A stretch of DNA of 64,000 bases from Takakia lepidozioides (lineage: Eukaryota; Plantae; Bryophyta), in NCBI GenBank assembly GCA_030704615.1, contig CM060731.1:4774001-4838000 (forward strand). The letters are read 5' to 3'. A model generated the notes under the pieces. It had not been told where the DNA came from. It made no database searches and saw nothing but the letters and a program-made list of their open reading frames with translations. Positions within the stretch are counted from its first letter, which is position 1, and every line of letters begins with the position of its first letter. This document shows positions 11,760 through 23,743 of this stretch, piece by piece. The translations under genes were made by a program, and so were the position numbers.

Positions 11760-14700
11760 TGCGCTCATTGAAAAGCAGCCCCCCATCTTTTGTATGACAT
11801 AGGTCCTTTCCACGAGTGATTTAAGCTTAGAAGCTTGAATCTCCTTCTCTGCAACCATATACAAATCCCCCGTCTTAAAAGTCGTAACTGCCTTCATCAA
11901 ACTGATCCTTTGCTTTCATCTGAATCTGGTCATAGATATCAGGCTGCATCATCACACTTCTGACAATACTCGTGTACATCTTTGTAAGTAGGCCAACCAG
12001 TATCCGCGAGTAGAGTAGGATCTTTCTCTGGTAGTCTCTTCTCAAAAATGACCTCCAGACCACTCCCGTATGAACTTCCGCCAAAAACTTTATTTCTTCA
12101 TGGTGGTACAAGCATCGTTTTAGGCTCCATCAGCTTCCTAACGATACATTCTGCTTCCTACCATAGTATAAGGTAAAGCTTTGATAGCGATTCTCTTCCT
12201 CTGCTCCTTACCATAACTAGGTGGGCATTGACCATGAGCAAGGTAGTATCTGATTGGCCACTACCAATCTAACCATTCATCTGCACTTCCTTGCACCTCC
12301 ATTACAAATAAACTCGCATCAGGTAACTGATCGTCCACTCCTGTGGCGGCCTCTCCTGTTGTTAGTCGTGACAAATGATCTGCCACAAGATGCAAACGGC
12401 CAGGCTTGTAAATAACCTCGAACTCAAACTCATTGCAAGATTATTAACCATCTTGCTATTCTTCCGCTTATCAGAGGTTTGTTCACCAGATATATCAGAG
12501 CCTGGTGATCCACATAAAAACATAAACTTCTTCCCAATAGGTAATGCCTGAATTTCTTGACTGCATAAATCATTGCCAATGCTTCTCTTCAGTTGTGCTA
12601 TAGTTCCTCTCAGCACTGTTCATCAACCGGCTAGCATAGTACACAGGTGAATCTATATTCCCTGGTAACATTCTGGGCTAACACCGCTCCCAACGCTTCT
12701 CCTGATGCATCGCAATGAACATGGAATACTACATGCCAGTGAGGGTTAATCAGTACAGGTGTAGTTGTTACTGACAGTGTAAGTTCCTCAAATGCCTGTG
12801 ACATTCCGCTGTCCAGGTAAATACTGCATCTTTCTTCAGTAGTTTGCTCAATGGTGCTGCTATTTGTGCATACCTTTTGACAAATCTCCTGTAATAACTG
12901 GTTTGCCCAAGGAATCTCCGTAGACTTTAACATTCACTGGTGGTGGAGATGCTTTAATGGACTCTGTCTTTCTGGGATCCACAAGGAGTCCCTTCTTACA
13001 CACAATGTGTCCCAGAAGCACCCCTGAGTTCACACAGAAAGTACACTTCTCTGGATTCAGGCCCAGACCTCTCATCCTGCATCTGGCCAAACATAACTCC
13101 AATTTATGCAAGTGCTCACTCTTAGAGCTGTACACTGAAATCATCCAAGAATACCTGCATGAAATCATCCAGATACTCATGAAAAGATTCACTTATCACT
13201 CTCTGAAAGGTCGCTGGTGCATTACAAAGTCCAAAGGACATGACTTTGTATGCATAAGCCCCCAGTCTGTGATGAAAGCTGTTTTCCCTTGGTCTTCTTC
13301 TGCCACTTGCACTTGATTATAACCACTGAAGCCATCCATGAATGAGTACATCTCATGGCCTGCCACAGTGTCTAATACTGCTTCTGTGAATGGCAAAGGG
13401 AAAGGATCTTTCTTCGTACAAGCATTCAGCTTCTTATAGTTCACACATACTCTTAGTTTGCCATTCTTCTTGGGAACTATAACAATGGGTGACAACCAAG
13501 TTGTATACTCTATTGGGTAAATAAACTTAGCCTCAGCCAACTTCTTTATCTCTTCTCCAACCTTCTGTGCGTAGTTGGGATTCATTCTATACCTCGCCTG
13601 CTTGATTGGTACTGACCCTGGTTCCAGTTCAATCTTATGCTGACAGACTTCAGGTGGTATCCCTTTTAGATCCTCATAGCTCCAAGCAAATACATCTCTG
13701 TATTTGATGAACAAGCTTTTAGCTTCTTCGAAGAATTCCGGTTCCAAATCAGCTCCTACTTTCACCATCCTCGGTTCCTCTTGAGTTCCCACATTTACTT
13801 CTCTCACCTGCTCATCAGCTGTGATTGTCCAACCAGTCACCACTTCATCCTGTAAGCTCACAGTGGCTGGTTCTTCTAGGATTTCTATTTCTCCTTCTCT
13901 CTCTTCATAGAAATGTGATGGGTAAATGCTAGTTTCCTCTTCAGTTGGTGTTGCTGTCACTACACCACAGCAGATACCTCTCAAACAACTTAGGCTTTCC
14001 AGCCGCATCTCTGCAACCTGCTCCCACTCTGGGTGTGCAGCAAATAGGGTAGCTTCCTGCTCCTCATCCAGTCCTCCTCTCCAGTCATACTCTCTAACTC
14101 CTCGAGGTCTTCTTGTAGCAGGTAATCTACTAGATTTCTTTGTGGTAATTTGTATCTCGTGTATCCCATTATGCACGGTTAGTAACTGAGAATTCCAGTC
14201 ATGGAATACCCTGGCCTGTTTCAGCCACGGACGTCCCAATAATAAGGAGTAAGCCTCCATGACTTCATCCATTTTTAATACAGTTACTGTGATCATAAAG
14301 ATCATTTTCTGTATCTGTATCTTAACTCCTCTTATTAATCCCAATGGCTGCACACTTCTTTGATCTGCCATTGTTACTGTAAATGGGGCTGGTTTCATGT
14401 TACTTAGACCAAGCTTCTTCCTTAATTGGTCTGTCATGATATTTACTCCAGAACCACCATCTATCAGTACATCAGTTAGTTCTGTGCTTCCAATTCTCAA
14501 TTGGATTACTGGCATAGAATCATCAAAGTCCATGACTGGTTCTCGCCCTTCCGGCTTCACATTATAACTGGTCACCTTGCTGTTCAGGTCTGTGTTTCCT
14601 GTCTCTTGGGCAATTCGATTGATTGCTTGATACAGCCTGTGCCTACAATAAGGTGCCACAGCTAATAGCTGTCCAATGGTAATTTCTGCTTTGGTCTGAC

Positions 14701-17036
14701 ATATTACTTCAGCCAAAGTCTCTTCATTACTTTGCATGTCTGCATCTTTTTTTTTCCTTTCTTCCTCACTCCCTTCTTTTTCTCCATCCGAATCAGAGGA
14801 ATCTGCCACAGGAATATCAGTACTCTTTTGCATTTCCCTTATAGTATCTGCCACTTCCTTGTGCAGTTCCTTCTCATCTTTCCAAGTCTCTTCATCTTCA
14901 GGCATATCATTGCCACTTCCAGTCTCATCTTCTTCCTCTTCTACTGGAGGTATTAGTTTGGCTTTACTTCTTGTTACTATCATTGTACTTACTTCTGGTA
15001 CAACACATGGCCTAACCATGTGAGCTGCCACCACTGGGCCCTCATTCACAGGAGCTCTCATCTCATTCTGGTGTCTTATCCAGAATGAACAGGCTGCCTT
15101 GCGATGTCCTGGCTGATTACAATAGTAACATAGCTCTTCACCATTGGGTCCTCGCCCTTGGTCTGTTCTTGGATTATTTCTATAATCCTGATTCCCGGGC
15201 TGGTAATTCCCCCTTGGATTACCCTGATAGTTGCCTCTGGAATTTCCTTGGTAATTCCCTCTTGAATTACCTCTCCCTTCCATGCCATTGTTATAACCAC
15301 CAGACCTACCATAGTGGTCCTGATCATTGTTTCTTCTTGGCTGGGGCTGCACCTGATGCACCCTTACTTGCCTAGGTTCTCTTGCAGCTGTCCTTCTGTT
15401 GTAGTAACAATTCTCAGTAGAATGGTTATCCATTTTACAGATAGTACAGTGTTTCTCCTTCAGGTGGCATTCTGTGGTGGTATGGCCTTCATTCTGGCAC
15501 TTTGCACACCATACACCCTTTCTCCAATGTGTTGCAGTGTGTTGCAGCCTCTGTGGCATACTTCTTCAAGATTTCTTCCAATCTTTTTTCATAGTTATCC
15601 CTCTTCAACTTCTCCTTTCTCTTACTCTTTCTTTTTAGTTCTTGCTCTTCTTCTTCATCTGACTCATCCTCAGAGTCCTCATCATCCTTTTTCTCTCTCC
15701 TGAGCATTCCCAATTGCTCAATTCTGTTAGCAGTTTCAAATGCCTCCTCCACTGTATTATGGGGTAACATATCCACTTTCTTTTGCAACTCTGGTCTTAG
15801 TCCACTCATAAACCAAGTCTTCTATAAACCGGGTGCTGGTACTGCAGCCAGTTTTTTCATCATCAATTCCATCTTCTCCATATACTCTTCAACAGTTTCA
15901 TGCTTCTTCTGCTTCAGCTGTTGTAAACTCCCATACACTTCATCCTCAGTTTTACTTGTCCTGAACCTATTTCGAAATGCTGTATTCAAGCCATTCCAGG
16001 TTAGGAAATGATTATCAGGGAATCTTGCATACCATTCACTTGCTTTCTTGATAAGTGAACAAGGAAACAATCTCATCTTGGCATCATCGCCATTCTCATT
16101 GTTCACTATACACATGTGCTCAAATTGGCTAATGTGTACATCGGGATCCCCTTTTCCTGAATATATTGGAAAGGGTGGTTTTGCCCGTGTTGGTTGTAAC
16201 GCCATCTGTGGCCCTACCTTCTGCCCACTGACAGGTGCTGGCACCCTTGCTGGTGCTGGTCCTTCTGGACCTATTGTTTTTGTGGTGGATCTTCCACCAA
16301 GTGGTGGCCCTTGAGCACTCCTTGCTTCTGGCCCCACGATATTCACAGTATTCCCAGCTTCAGTTGCACTACTTCCCACACTCCCTGTCCCCCCAGAGCC
16401 AGATCCAGGCAGCCCGCCTGATCCCCCTGAGCCGACACCTTCGTTGGCCTGTGATCCAAGTGCTCCACTTGATCCAGGTCCAACGGGTTGGGATGTCCTG
16501 GTTGTAGTCTCAACCTCAGCTGTTGGGTCTACTTCTTCATATTCTTCCTCTTCTAATTTTTTCTCTCTGTTTTCATCCTCCAAGTTCTGCCCTTGGGTTT
16601 CTTCTTCACTCATGTAACTCAACTGTAATGGTGTTGGAGAGTCTGAACTCTCCGTTGGCTCTGCCACATCCTCTTCTCCTTCTTCATCTTCTGCTTCAGA
16701 AACTGGAGTTCCTGCTTTTGGTGTTCCATGCCAACTCTTATCAAAGATTTCTGTCAAGTCTTTTATCCAAGGATGTACCTCAGATCTTTCACCTCGTGAT
16801 TGATCTTCTTCCTGTACCAATTCCCTTAATCTTTCTTGCAAAGAAACAGAAGGAGTGGCATCCAACTCTAGTTCTTCCGGTATAGGTGATGCACTCTTTG
16901 ATCTTGATGGTGTGAGAGGTCCAGATGATTCCCCTATGTCTATTCCTCTCTCCCAAAGATATGGATAATTAGCTTTCAGATAGCTTTCTCTTTTTGCTGA
17001 ATATCTCTGTCGTCTAGCTTCTCTTTCATCACTCAT
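11760..17036 (-). pseudogene. gag-pol of family B copy 2
   Basis: 404-aa and 787-aa ORFs with VLIDGGSG, LLLGRPWL, YRMNP, KDPFPLPF and YSFMDGFSGYNQV; frameshifts further downstream. Confidence 0.9.
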
Positions 17037-17057
17037 GTCCCATGTCTTTCATTTCTT

Positions 17058-17753
17058 TTAATGTGGCAATAACCAAAACTCTCTTCTGTAATATCTCTCG
17101 TATATGCCTGGGTTTCTTTCAAGCTTCAATGCACCCTTGGCTATACTTGAAGTCTCCGTTACCATATAACCATATGGCAAACAAGTCTGAAAAGCTGTTC
17201 TTGGTGTGAGTTTGATCCACAAAATATCCTTTGGAATCCAATTCTTTACCAGTACAAGCTCTTCATGCATATGAGTATAAACATTCACCTTTATTTCTTC
17301 CCAGCCTTCAAACTCTACTCGTTTAATGGATAGCAATGCTATCACATAAACCAATGTTGGTAACCAACGTGCTCTTCCTCTACAGGCTACCTGATAAATC
17401 TTTATCACTCCTTTCTCCAGACCCCATTCTGGATCAGCATCATGCACTCGTTTAAGAATATTTTCTTTACAACCGTCTGGCAATTCCAAGAACCTTTGAA
17501 AGAATTGTTTGGACAATCTTTCTTCCTTCGTTCCACAGGGAATTTGATTCACTTCAAATTCTTTAATGGTCCAACCACCATGATCCCACCAGATGCCTGT
17601 CACATCTGGTTGTTCATGTCCCAGCTCCCCAGTATGGTCGCCAAATGTCGCGCGGCTTTTACTCACCCATCCCTTCGCTATTCGAGGCGGAAACTCCAAG
17701 ATTGAAGAGTTGGAAATCTCTAAGTACTCAGCCCGCGCAGAACAATCAGTCAT
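17058..17753 (-). CDS. extra 231-aa ORF0 upstream of gag, copy 2
   Basis: Homolog of 4276-4971. Confidence 0.6.
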   Translation of the reverse strand: MTDCSARAEYLEISNSSILEFPPRIAKGWVSKSRATFGDHTGELGHEQPDVTGIWWDHGGWTIKEFEVNQIPCGTKEERLSKQFFQRFLELPDGCKENILKRVHDADPEWGLEKGVIKIYQVACRGRARWLPTLVYVIALLSIKRVEFEGWEEIKVNVYTHMHEELVLVKNWIPKDILWIKLTPRTAFQTCLPYGYMVTETSSIAKGALKLERNPGIYERYYRREFWLLPH

Positions 17754-18295
17754 GACCTACAGCTAGTGTATCATGGGGGTGTTTCCTATTTGTTTCCCTT
17801 TTGGTATTCATGTTAACTATCTTACCATTGATAATTAAATATCAGTTTGCTTTATTAATCTATTGGATTCCATCAACTCATCCATTCATTCCACAGCTTC
17901 ACTCAGATCTCTCTACACAGTGTGTTGGTATCGTAAAAGTATCCGATTATGATTTATCAGGTATCAGGCCGAAGCCAATGTGTCTCTAATCTCCTCTACA
18001 ATATCATTACAATCTTGCATATATCAAGCATCTACTCATCATCTCTCTATCTTCACTTCCGTTCTTCATCTCTGCCCGATCCCCTCTCCTCTATCACCAA
18101 GAAGTCCTCCTCCGAATGCTGTGAAAATCATCCTCCTTCATTCCCCGTTTTCTCTTTTATCTTCCTATCCGCGGTTCTAACCGTTTCCCTCACTAACCGT
18201 CGTCTGTGAACTAACATGTTCCCTTCGTAGGTGTTGTTCCCCACAATCGTTCCCTGTCATACTCTTCGTTCCCTATGATCGTGACAGCTATGTCA

Positions 18296-18525
18296 AGCTG
18301 TGACTGGCTGTGTGAAACTGTGACGGGCTGTGACTGGCTGTGCGACTGTGTTTGGCTGTGTCGGCTGTGACGGGCTGTGTTGGCTGTGACGACTGTGACG
18401 GCTGTGTTGGCTGTGTTGGCTGTGACGACTGTGACGGGCTGTGTTGGCTGTGTGGGCTGTGGCGGTTGTGTGGGCTGTGATGGCTGTGTGGGCTGTGACG
18501 GCTGTGTGGGCTGTGACGACTGTGT
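18296..18525 (-). repeat. GGCTGTG tandem repeat in the family B copy 2 LTR
   Basis: Same unit as 3572-3757 with a different copy number. Confidence 0.9.
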
Positions 18526-18647
18526 AACCCCCCTCTACAGTGCGCTGCTGTCACCCCTAAGGCTCCTGTTGGTCTCAGTCTGTGCAAAAATTAAGGGTAC
18601 CCTACAGATCCCGTATAAGTGTCTAAGTCCCCGACAGTCCTCTAACA

Positions 18648-20446
18648 GTTACTCATAAAATAAAGGCCACCATCCAACACCCACCTATCCCCCACTGTAC
18701 AAATATACCTACCCCCTCCCCCAAATTAAAACAAATAAAGCCTGGATTGAGTCACTGCAACGCCCCCACAAGCCACACCAACAAAAGCCCCCCCCCCCAA
18801 TTCCTTCATTCTATCATCAATCCTACCCCCTCAAATACCCCCCTGCGAACTCTCATTACACCGATGGATCCCTTACCCAAACTAATGCAGGCTACGGTAT
18901 CTATCATGCAGGTACAGGGAGAGGGGTGGCCCTCGGACTCCCTGGTCTTGCCACTATTCCCAGGACCGAGCTTATGGCCATATACAACGCTCTCCTCCTA
19001 CTCGATACCTTTAGCCCCCCATACTTCATCTTCACTGACAGCCTTACCTCCTTATTCCTCATCCGCAACCATATTTCCCGACCCCTCCTCCCACCACCAT
19101 CATCCTGACCGCAACCTCATCTCAGCCATTATCGACGCCGCCGTCTCTATAAAGCACCCAGTACACCTACTCAAAGTACGCTCGCACACTGGCATTCAAG
19201 GGAATGAGGAGGCCGATCTCCTCGCTCAGCTTGGTGCCACCAAACTCAAAAGTCAAACCCACGAACGATCCTATCCATATCGCCCACTCCTACCCCTTTT
19301 GGTTTATACACCCAATTCCGAACCCTACTGCACCACGACCCATACGCAATCTCTTGGCTACCCTCACCCATGAAGCAAACAAACAGGTCGCAGCCTCTAT
19401 CAGTCATACCAAAGTACATATTAAAAAATGGACCCAATCCGAGGTATTACACCACAAACTCTCGAACCATTTCTGGCACACCAAAGCTACCACTGATGCA
19501 CAAATCCGCCAGACACTTAAATTCAGATACGCCCAATACATGGGTCACCAACGCAAACACATTTTCTGGCCACATCTCTTCCCATCACCTTACTGTCCGC
19601 TGTGCTCCACAACTCATAATGCACGTGATACCTGGCCACACCTCCTGAGCCAATGCACGCATCCGGTCATCCATGGTCTTCATATCACCAGACACAACCA
19701 AGCAGTCTGGCATCTCCACAAACTATTCAAAAAACGTGCCAAAACCAGATGGTTCACCCTCATTAATGCCGGTACCTTCCAAGGGAAACCACCAGACCAT
19801 ACTGTGCCGCCATGGCTTCTACCATGCACGTGTACCCGAGTACCCTGCTCATGCCCCGCCCGGCTCTGCCGGGACATACTCATTGTCCAAGGACTACCCG
19901 TTCAAGCCTCGCCACCTACTTCACCATCCCCGCAGCTCACCATCCATTTTATCGAGTTTACATTCTGCCATGATCGATACCCTCACTATTCAATCTTGGA
20001 AAAATGGCAAAAATACGCCCCACTCATTCTTGCAATTCGGCGGCAGGGTTGGAAGACTGGCCCGCTCACAGTTATCACTGCCGGAACTTGAGGCGACATA
20101 CACAATGCCAGTATTAATGATTTGCATGATAACTTCAAGATACCCATTCTTTCAATCCACCAATGTTTCAAAACAATCCATCTTACAACACTCCGCTCCC
20201 TTACAACCATCATCACCAACAAACGCCAGCTCGAAGCTAGCCTCTCTAGCGCACCCTAGCCCCCCCCATGGTCTCCCTAGATACCCAGGGGGTTCATAGC
20301 AGCCCTCCCCTCTATCTCTCCTTGGTTACTTGGTGTCCCACAGGATACCCTTACTATTATAGGGGGCAGTAGCCGGAAGGTGAAGTGACTCTTAGTTACG
20401 CCGGCTACGGCCGGAGTCTTCTCTCTCTCTCTCTCTCTCTCTCTCT
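18648..20446 (+). mobile_element. 3' part of a Dualen/RandI-like non-LTR retrotransposon (RNase H - CCHC - RLE) with (TC)n end
   Basis: HYTDGS, ELMAIY, IFTDSLTS, KVRSHTGIQGNEEAD (RNase H); CPLC...H....C; RLCRDILI...FIEFTFC...KWQKY (RLE). Homologous to 36866-38710 and cut at the family B LTR. Confidence 0.85.
20365..20418 (+). promoter_or_regulatory. structured 3' terminal RNA element of the LINE
   Basis: AGUA-gcc-GGAA-ggu-GAA hairpin, ccggc-UACG-gccgg hairpin and gacuc/gaguc closing stem; conserved in copy 2. Confidence 0.7.
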
Positions 20447-20699
20447 GGTGAGGGGATCAAAGAGATGGAGACGCTAAAGATGGCGATGATCGAGAGAATC
20501 ACCTTGCAGATTCTTCAAAGCCAGCAAACAGGTTGGGAGTTGACAATGTAATTCCAGCTTCAGATGGCCGTTCTATTTGCGGATTTGTTAAAGTCAAATG
20601 ATGGTTTGGACGCATCTTCTGTGGGTGGTAGCACTTGACTTGCTTAGTTGGTTGTGGTTCATGAGTGTATTTAGTGACATTGAGCATAGATGTAAAGGC

Positions 20700-22330
20700 A
20701 ATGAAGCTCTATAGGGTTCTTTTTGTCAATTTGACCTTGTTTGAGAATTTAGCTTGTAGATCTTTGTCAACTCAAGCATTGTGTAAGTGCAATAGGGCAT
20801 TGGAAAGCTAGAAGGATTTCCCAGCTCTGTATTGTGGTTTCACTTCACTTCAATTAAACTACAAAAAGTTATGACTGGAAATCTGAGGTCCAGCTTGATG
20901 AACTTGTTTTTCATTGACAATATGACTTTCTTTCACAATTCTCATCCCCTGAACTGTAACCACATGTTCTTGTAGAATTGTTCGAGTTTTCAAATATTTG
21001 TGAACCGTGACACCTTGAATTGACCATCCACACATCCCCCTGGTTGGCTGGCACAAACATTCCAAAACACCTTCTCTGCATCGCACACAGCTTGCAAAAC
21101 AATGTTATTAAAAAATTTGCGGTTGTAGAAATCTGCAGCCGCCAAGGTGATCCTCGTTCGGCTTTTGTGCAAGAGGAATATGGGTTCCATCGATGGCATC
21201 AACGATGTTAGACAACCCTGTAATCTGCTTGAAATCATTGATAATTGATTGCTACAATCTTTCGGATCTCTAGTTGTGGTCTTACAAAATTTAATGCAGT
21301 GGACTTAACAAATGGTGTAAGCTCATCAAATTGTTGAAAGCATTCTATAAATCCATAGAAATTTCTTGTCTCTGACCTCAACATTCTCTCCCAAAATAAA
21401 TCTCGCCTTTGATTTGACTATCAATCAATTCCCAAAGGTCACAGACATAAGCATCCACATCAAAATGACATTTTCAATGAAAAACCTCTCCATTTTTTGC
21501 AAGGAACTAGTGTTGTACTGGTATTGAATTTTTGATATACCAGCTGGATCCGGGGCTTGATTTGTTTTGAAATGTGAACGCTGGTATGACCCTAGGTATT
21601 GCAGAGCAAGGATTTCTGAAATAGAATACTGGTATAAGTATTGCTTTTTGCAAGAACCAGTATATGATATCAATAGTAGGGTTTGGAATTGTGCAATACC
21701 AGGCAGATATCATATGAGATTTATTCTCACGACAAATATTTCCATGTGACATCAAGGGTTTCCAATTCATACAGAGCATACCCAGCCACGATTTGTCCAT
21801 TGCCACAACAGTCCTTGGTGTAATCAAGGCTGCAATTACACAACCATCTCAAATCTAACAAATCTCTCACCCTAACTGCAATCCGCCACCCAAAGGTTCC
21901 TTCTACACAGCCGTCACCCTTCCCTAGAATGTGTATTAGTATATCGCAAGACCCTAACCATGATTCAAGAAGGAAATCTGGGTCTTTGAAATTGGTATCG
22001 CGCTCTGCATTCACGAGATGTATCAATATGAGTATGGTAGGGTGGCGGCCCGAAATATGGTAACACTGGTCTATCCTGGGTATTGTGGCCGTCACCTACC
22101 CGCCTGGTAGGTTCTCTCATACCAGGTTGATATCCACTATTGATATCCGGGTTAACCCTATATACCAGTACAACACTACAAGGAACCTAATTTATGCTAC
22201 CAAATTTGTGGGTTTTTCAATATATAATCTATAACGAATGGCAAAGATGATGAATCTCTTTCATTCAGACCTGGTTTAACACTCCGTGAGGTAAAGCTTT
22301 CCACTAAGAGGAGTGGCGTGGATGCCGTCG
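20700..22330 (-). mobile_element. PIF/Harbinger transposase remnant, interrupted by a hAT MITE; boundaries approximate
   Basis: DAIDGTHIP (~21190) and DFYNRKFFNNIVLQAVCDAEKVFWNVCASQPG. Confidence 0.75.
21508..22178. mobile_element. non-autonomous hAT-type element (MITE)
   Basis: Perfect 17-bp TIR tagtgttgtactggtat / ataccagtacaacacta and 8-bp TSD caaggaac (21500-21507, 22179-22186). Confidence 0.9.
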
Positions 22331-22714
22331 TTGAGAGGAGAGAAACGACCAAATTGCTACGGTGAATTTTGCCTCAGTTCACCTAGCGGATGAGCCGTGG
22401 GATTTCATCTGCCCATGTGTGTGGTGAGGGCGGATGTCCGCCCCCACATCCGTTGGGTCCCATAGGGTTGATCCGCTGCCCGCACCCTCATGTGCGTAGT
22501 ACTAGGAGAGGCAAGGAATAGAGTTGAAAACATGACATACGTACTTTGGTGCGCGCAGGAGCGGGGTTGAATCGTAAGCACAACAACTGCCCAAATTCTA
22601 ACAGGTGACCGAGATTTAAAATCTGGGGGCGGAGGAGCTATTAAATGTCATAGGAATCCTTCGTCGTTTTTAATGGCTGCTAGGAGCCTGCTAACTAGCG
22701 GGGTCCCTAACGTG

Positions 22715-23322
22715 GGGGGTTGGTATCGCGTGAGCACAGAGTTAAGAGAAACGGCATGAGCACAAAAAAAATCGCCGCGTGAGCAGAATCCACGGTTATG
22801 GGGGTAACATGCGCACCAGCGGAAATACAAATAATAGGCGGACATAGGGACTTTACTGCGCTAGTAGGCGTTACATCGAATCTGAATATAACTTAAACCT
22901 GAAGATCAGAATCCACATGCACCTGTCATATAGTTCGAACCTCTAGCCTAGTTTCGCTAGTGAAAATACAAGTTTTGCTGGCGAAAACTATTTGCATTTC
23001 ACGGGCGAAACCCATTTTCTGGGTGGTTATTGGGGATGTTCTAAACACGGAGTTACCAAATGCCACATTGTTTAAGTGCGCTGATCTTTGAGTTCTGGCA
23101 GATATATTTGTGGATCATTGTGCTCACACGAGTTAAGCTTTGGACGATTAATTTCATGAAATTTTTCGCGTGAGCACAATTTTCAGATAGTTTCGTATTT
23201 CTTACTGCGTGAGGGCATTTGGGTTTCGCAATAGCAGGTTCTCAAGAATCTTCTAGAATATGCGGAATATTTTTTTGTGCTCACGTCCGCTGGCCTGAGC
23301 CTGCTCACATGCTACCCAACCC
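22715..23322. mobile_element. probable MULE-type MITE upstream of the host gene
   Basis: Imperfect TIRs gggggttggtatcgcgtgagca / tgctcacatgctacccaaccc; direct repeat cctaacgtg (22706-22714, 23323-23331). Confidence 0.65.
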
Positions 23323-23743
23323 CCTAACGTGCAGGTATGGCTGTCACCACGTACTTAACGGCTGCTAACTAGCTTAGCAGCCACGCGTGGCCGGGGCCTA
23401 AGTTAGATTCACCTAGGTGACACTAAGAGCTACGGACTCAAGGGGACAATTTTCTAAAATAGCCCCAATTACTTTTCAATATGACGGTATTTATTTCGGC
23501 TGCCGGCAACGTTCGGTATTCCTGACGTTAGAGTTACAACTTTGAGACCTCAAATCGACGGCCCATCTTAGACAGGATCCTCGTTTTGGGACATGCATTT
23601 AAGAAGCAGAGAAAGGCGTTGGAGGGAAGGCAAACGCTTCACACAGCCAGGGAGCCCCGCAAGAGCGTGTGTGTGTGCGTTCTTGCGGGCCGCTAACTTA
23701 GTCAAGGATCTGCGTCTTGTTTCATCCGATTGGTCTTGGCATC

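Larger units (their letters stand above)
11760..18647 (-). mobile_element. Ty3/Gypsy LTR retrotransposon family B, copy 2
   Basis: Starts TGTTAG at 18647. Contains ORF0, gag (15489-17036), knuckles-protease-RT (13196-15559), RNase H (FHVHCDASGEALGAVL), integrase Zn region (~12100-11960), then directly a GPY-like tail; the integrase core appears deleted. May extend to the gap. Confidence 0.92.

Noticed and set aside
20365-20418. Hammerhead/HDV ribozyme or U2 snRNA target at the LINE 3' end
   Set aside because: No CUGANGA core, no clear HDV pseudoknot, and no real match to U2
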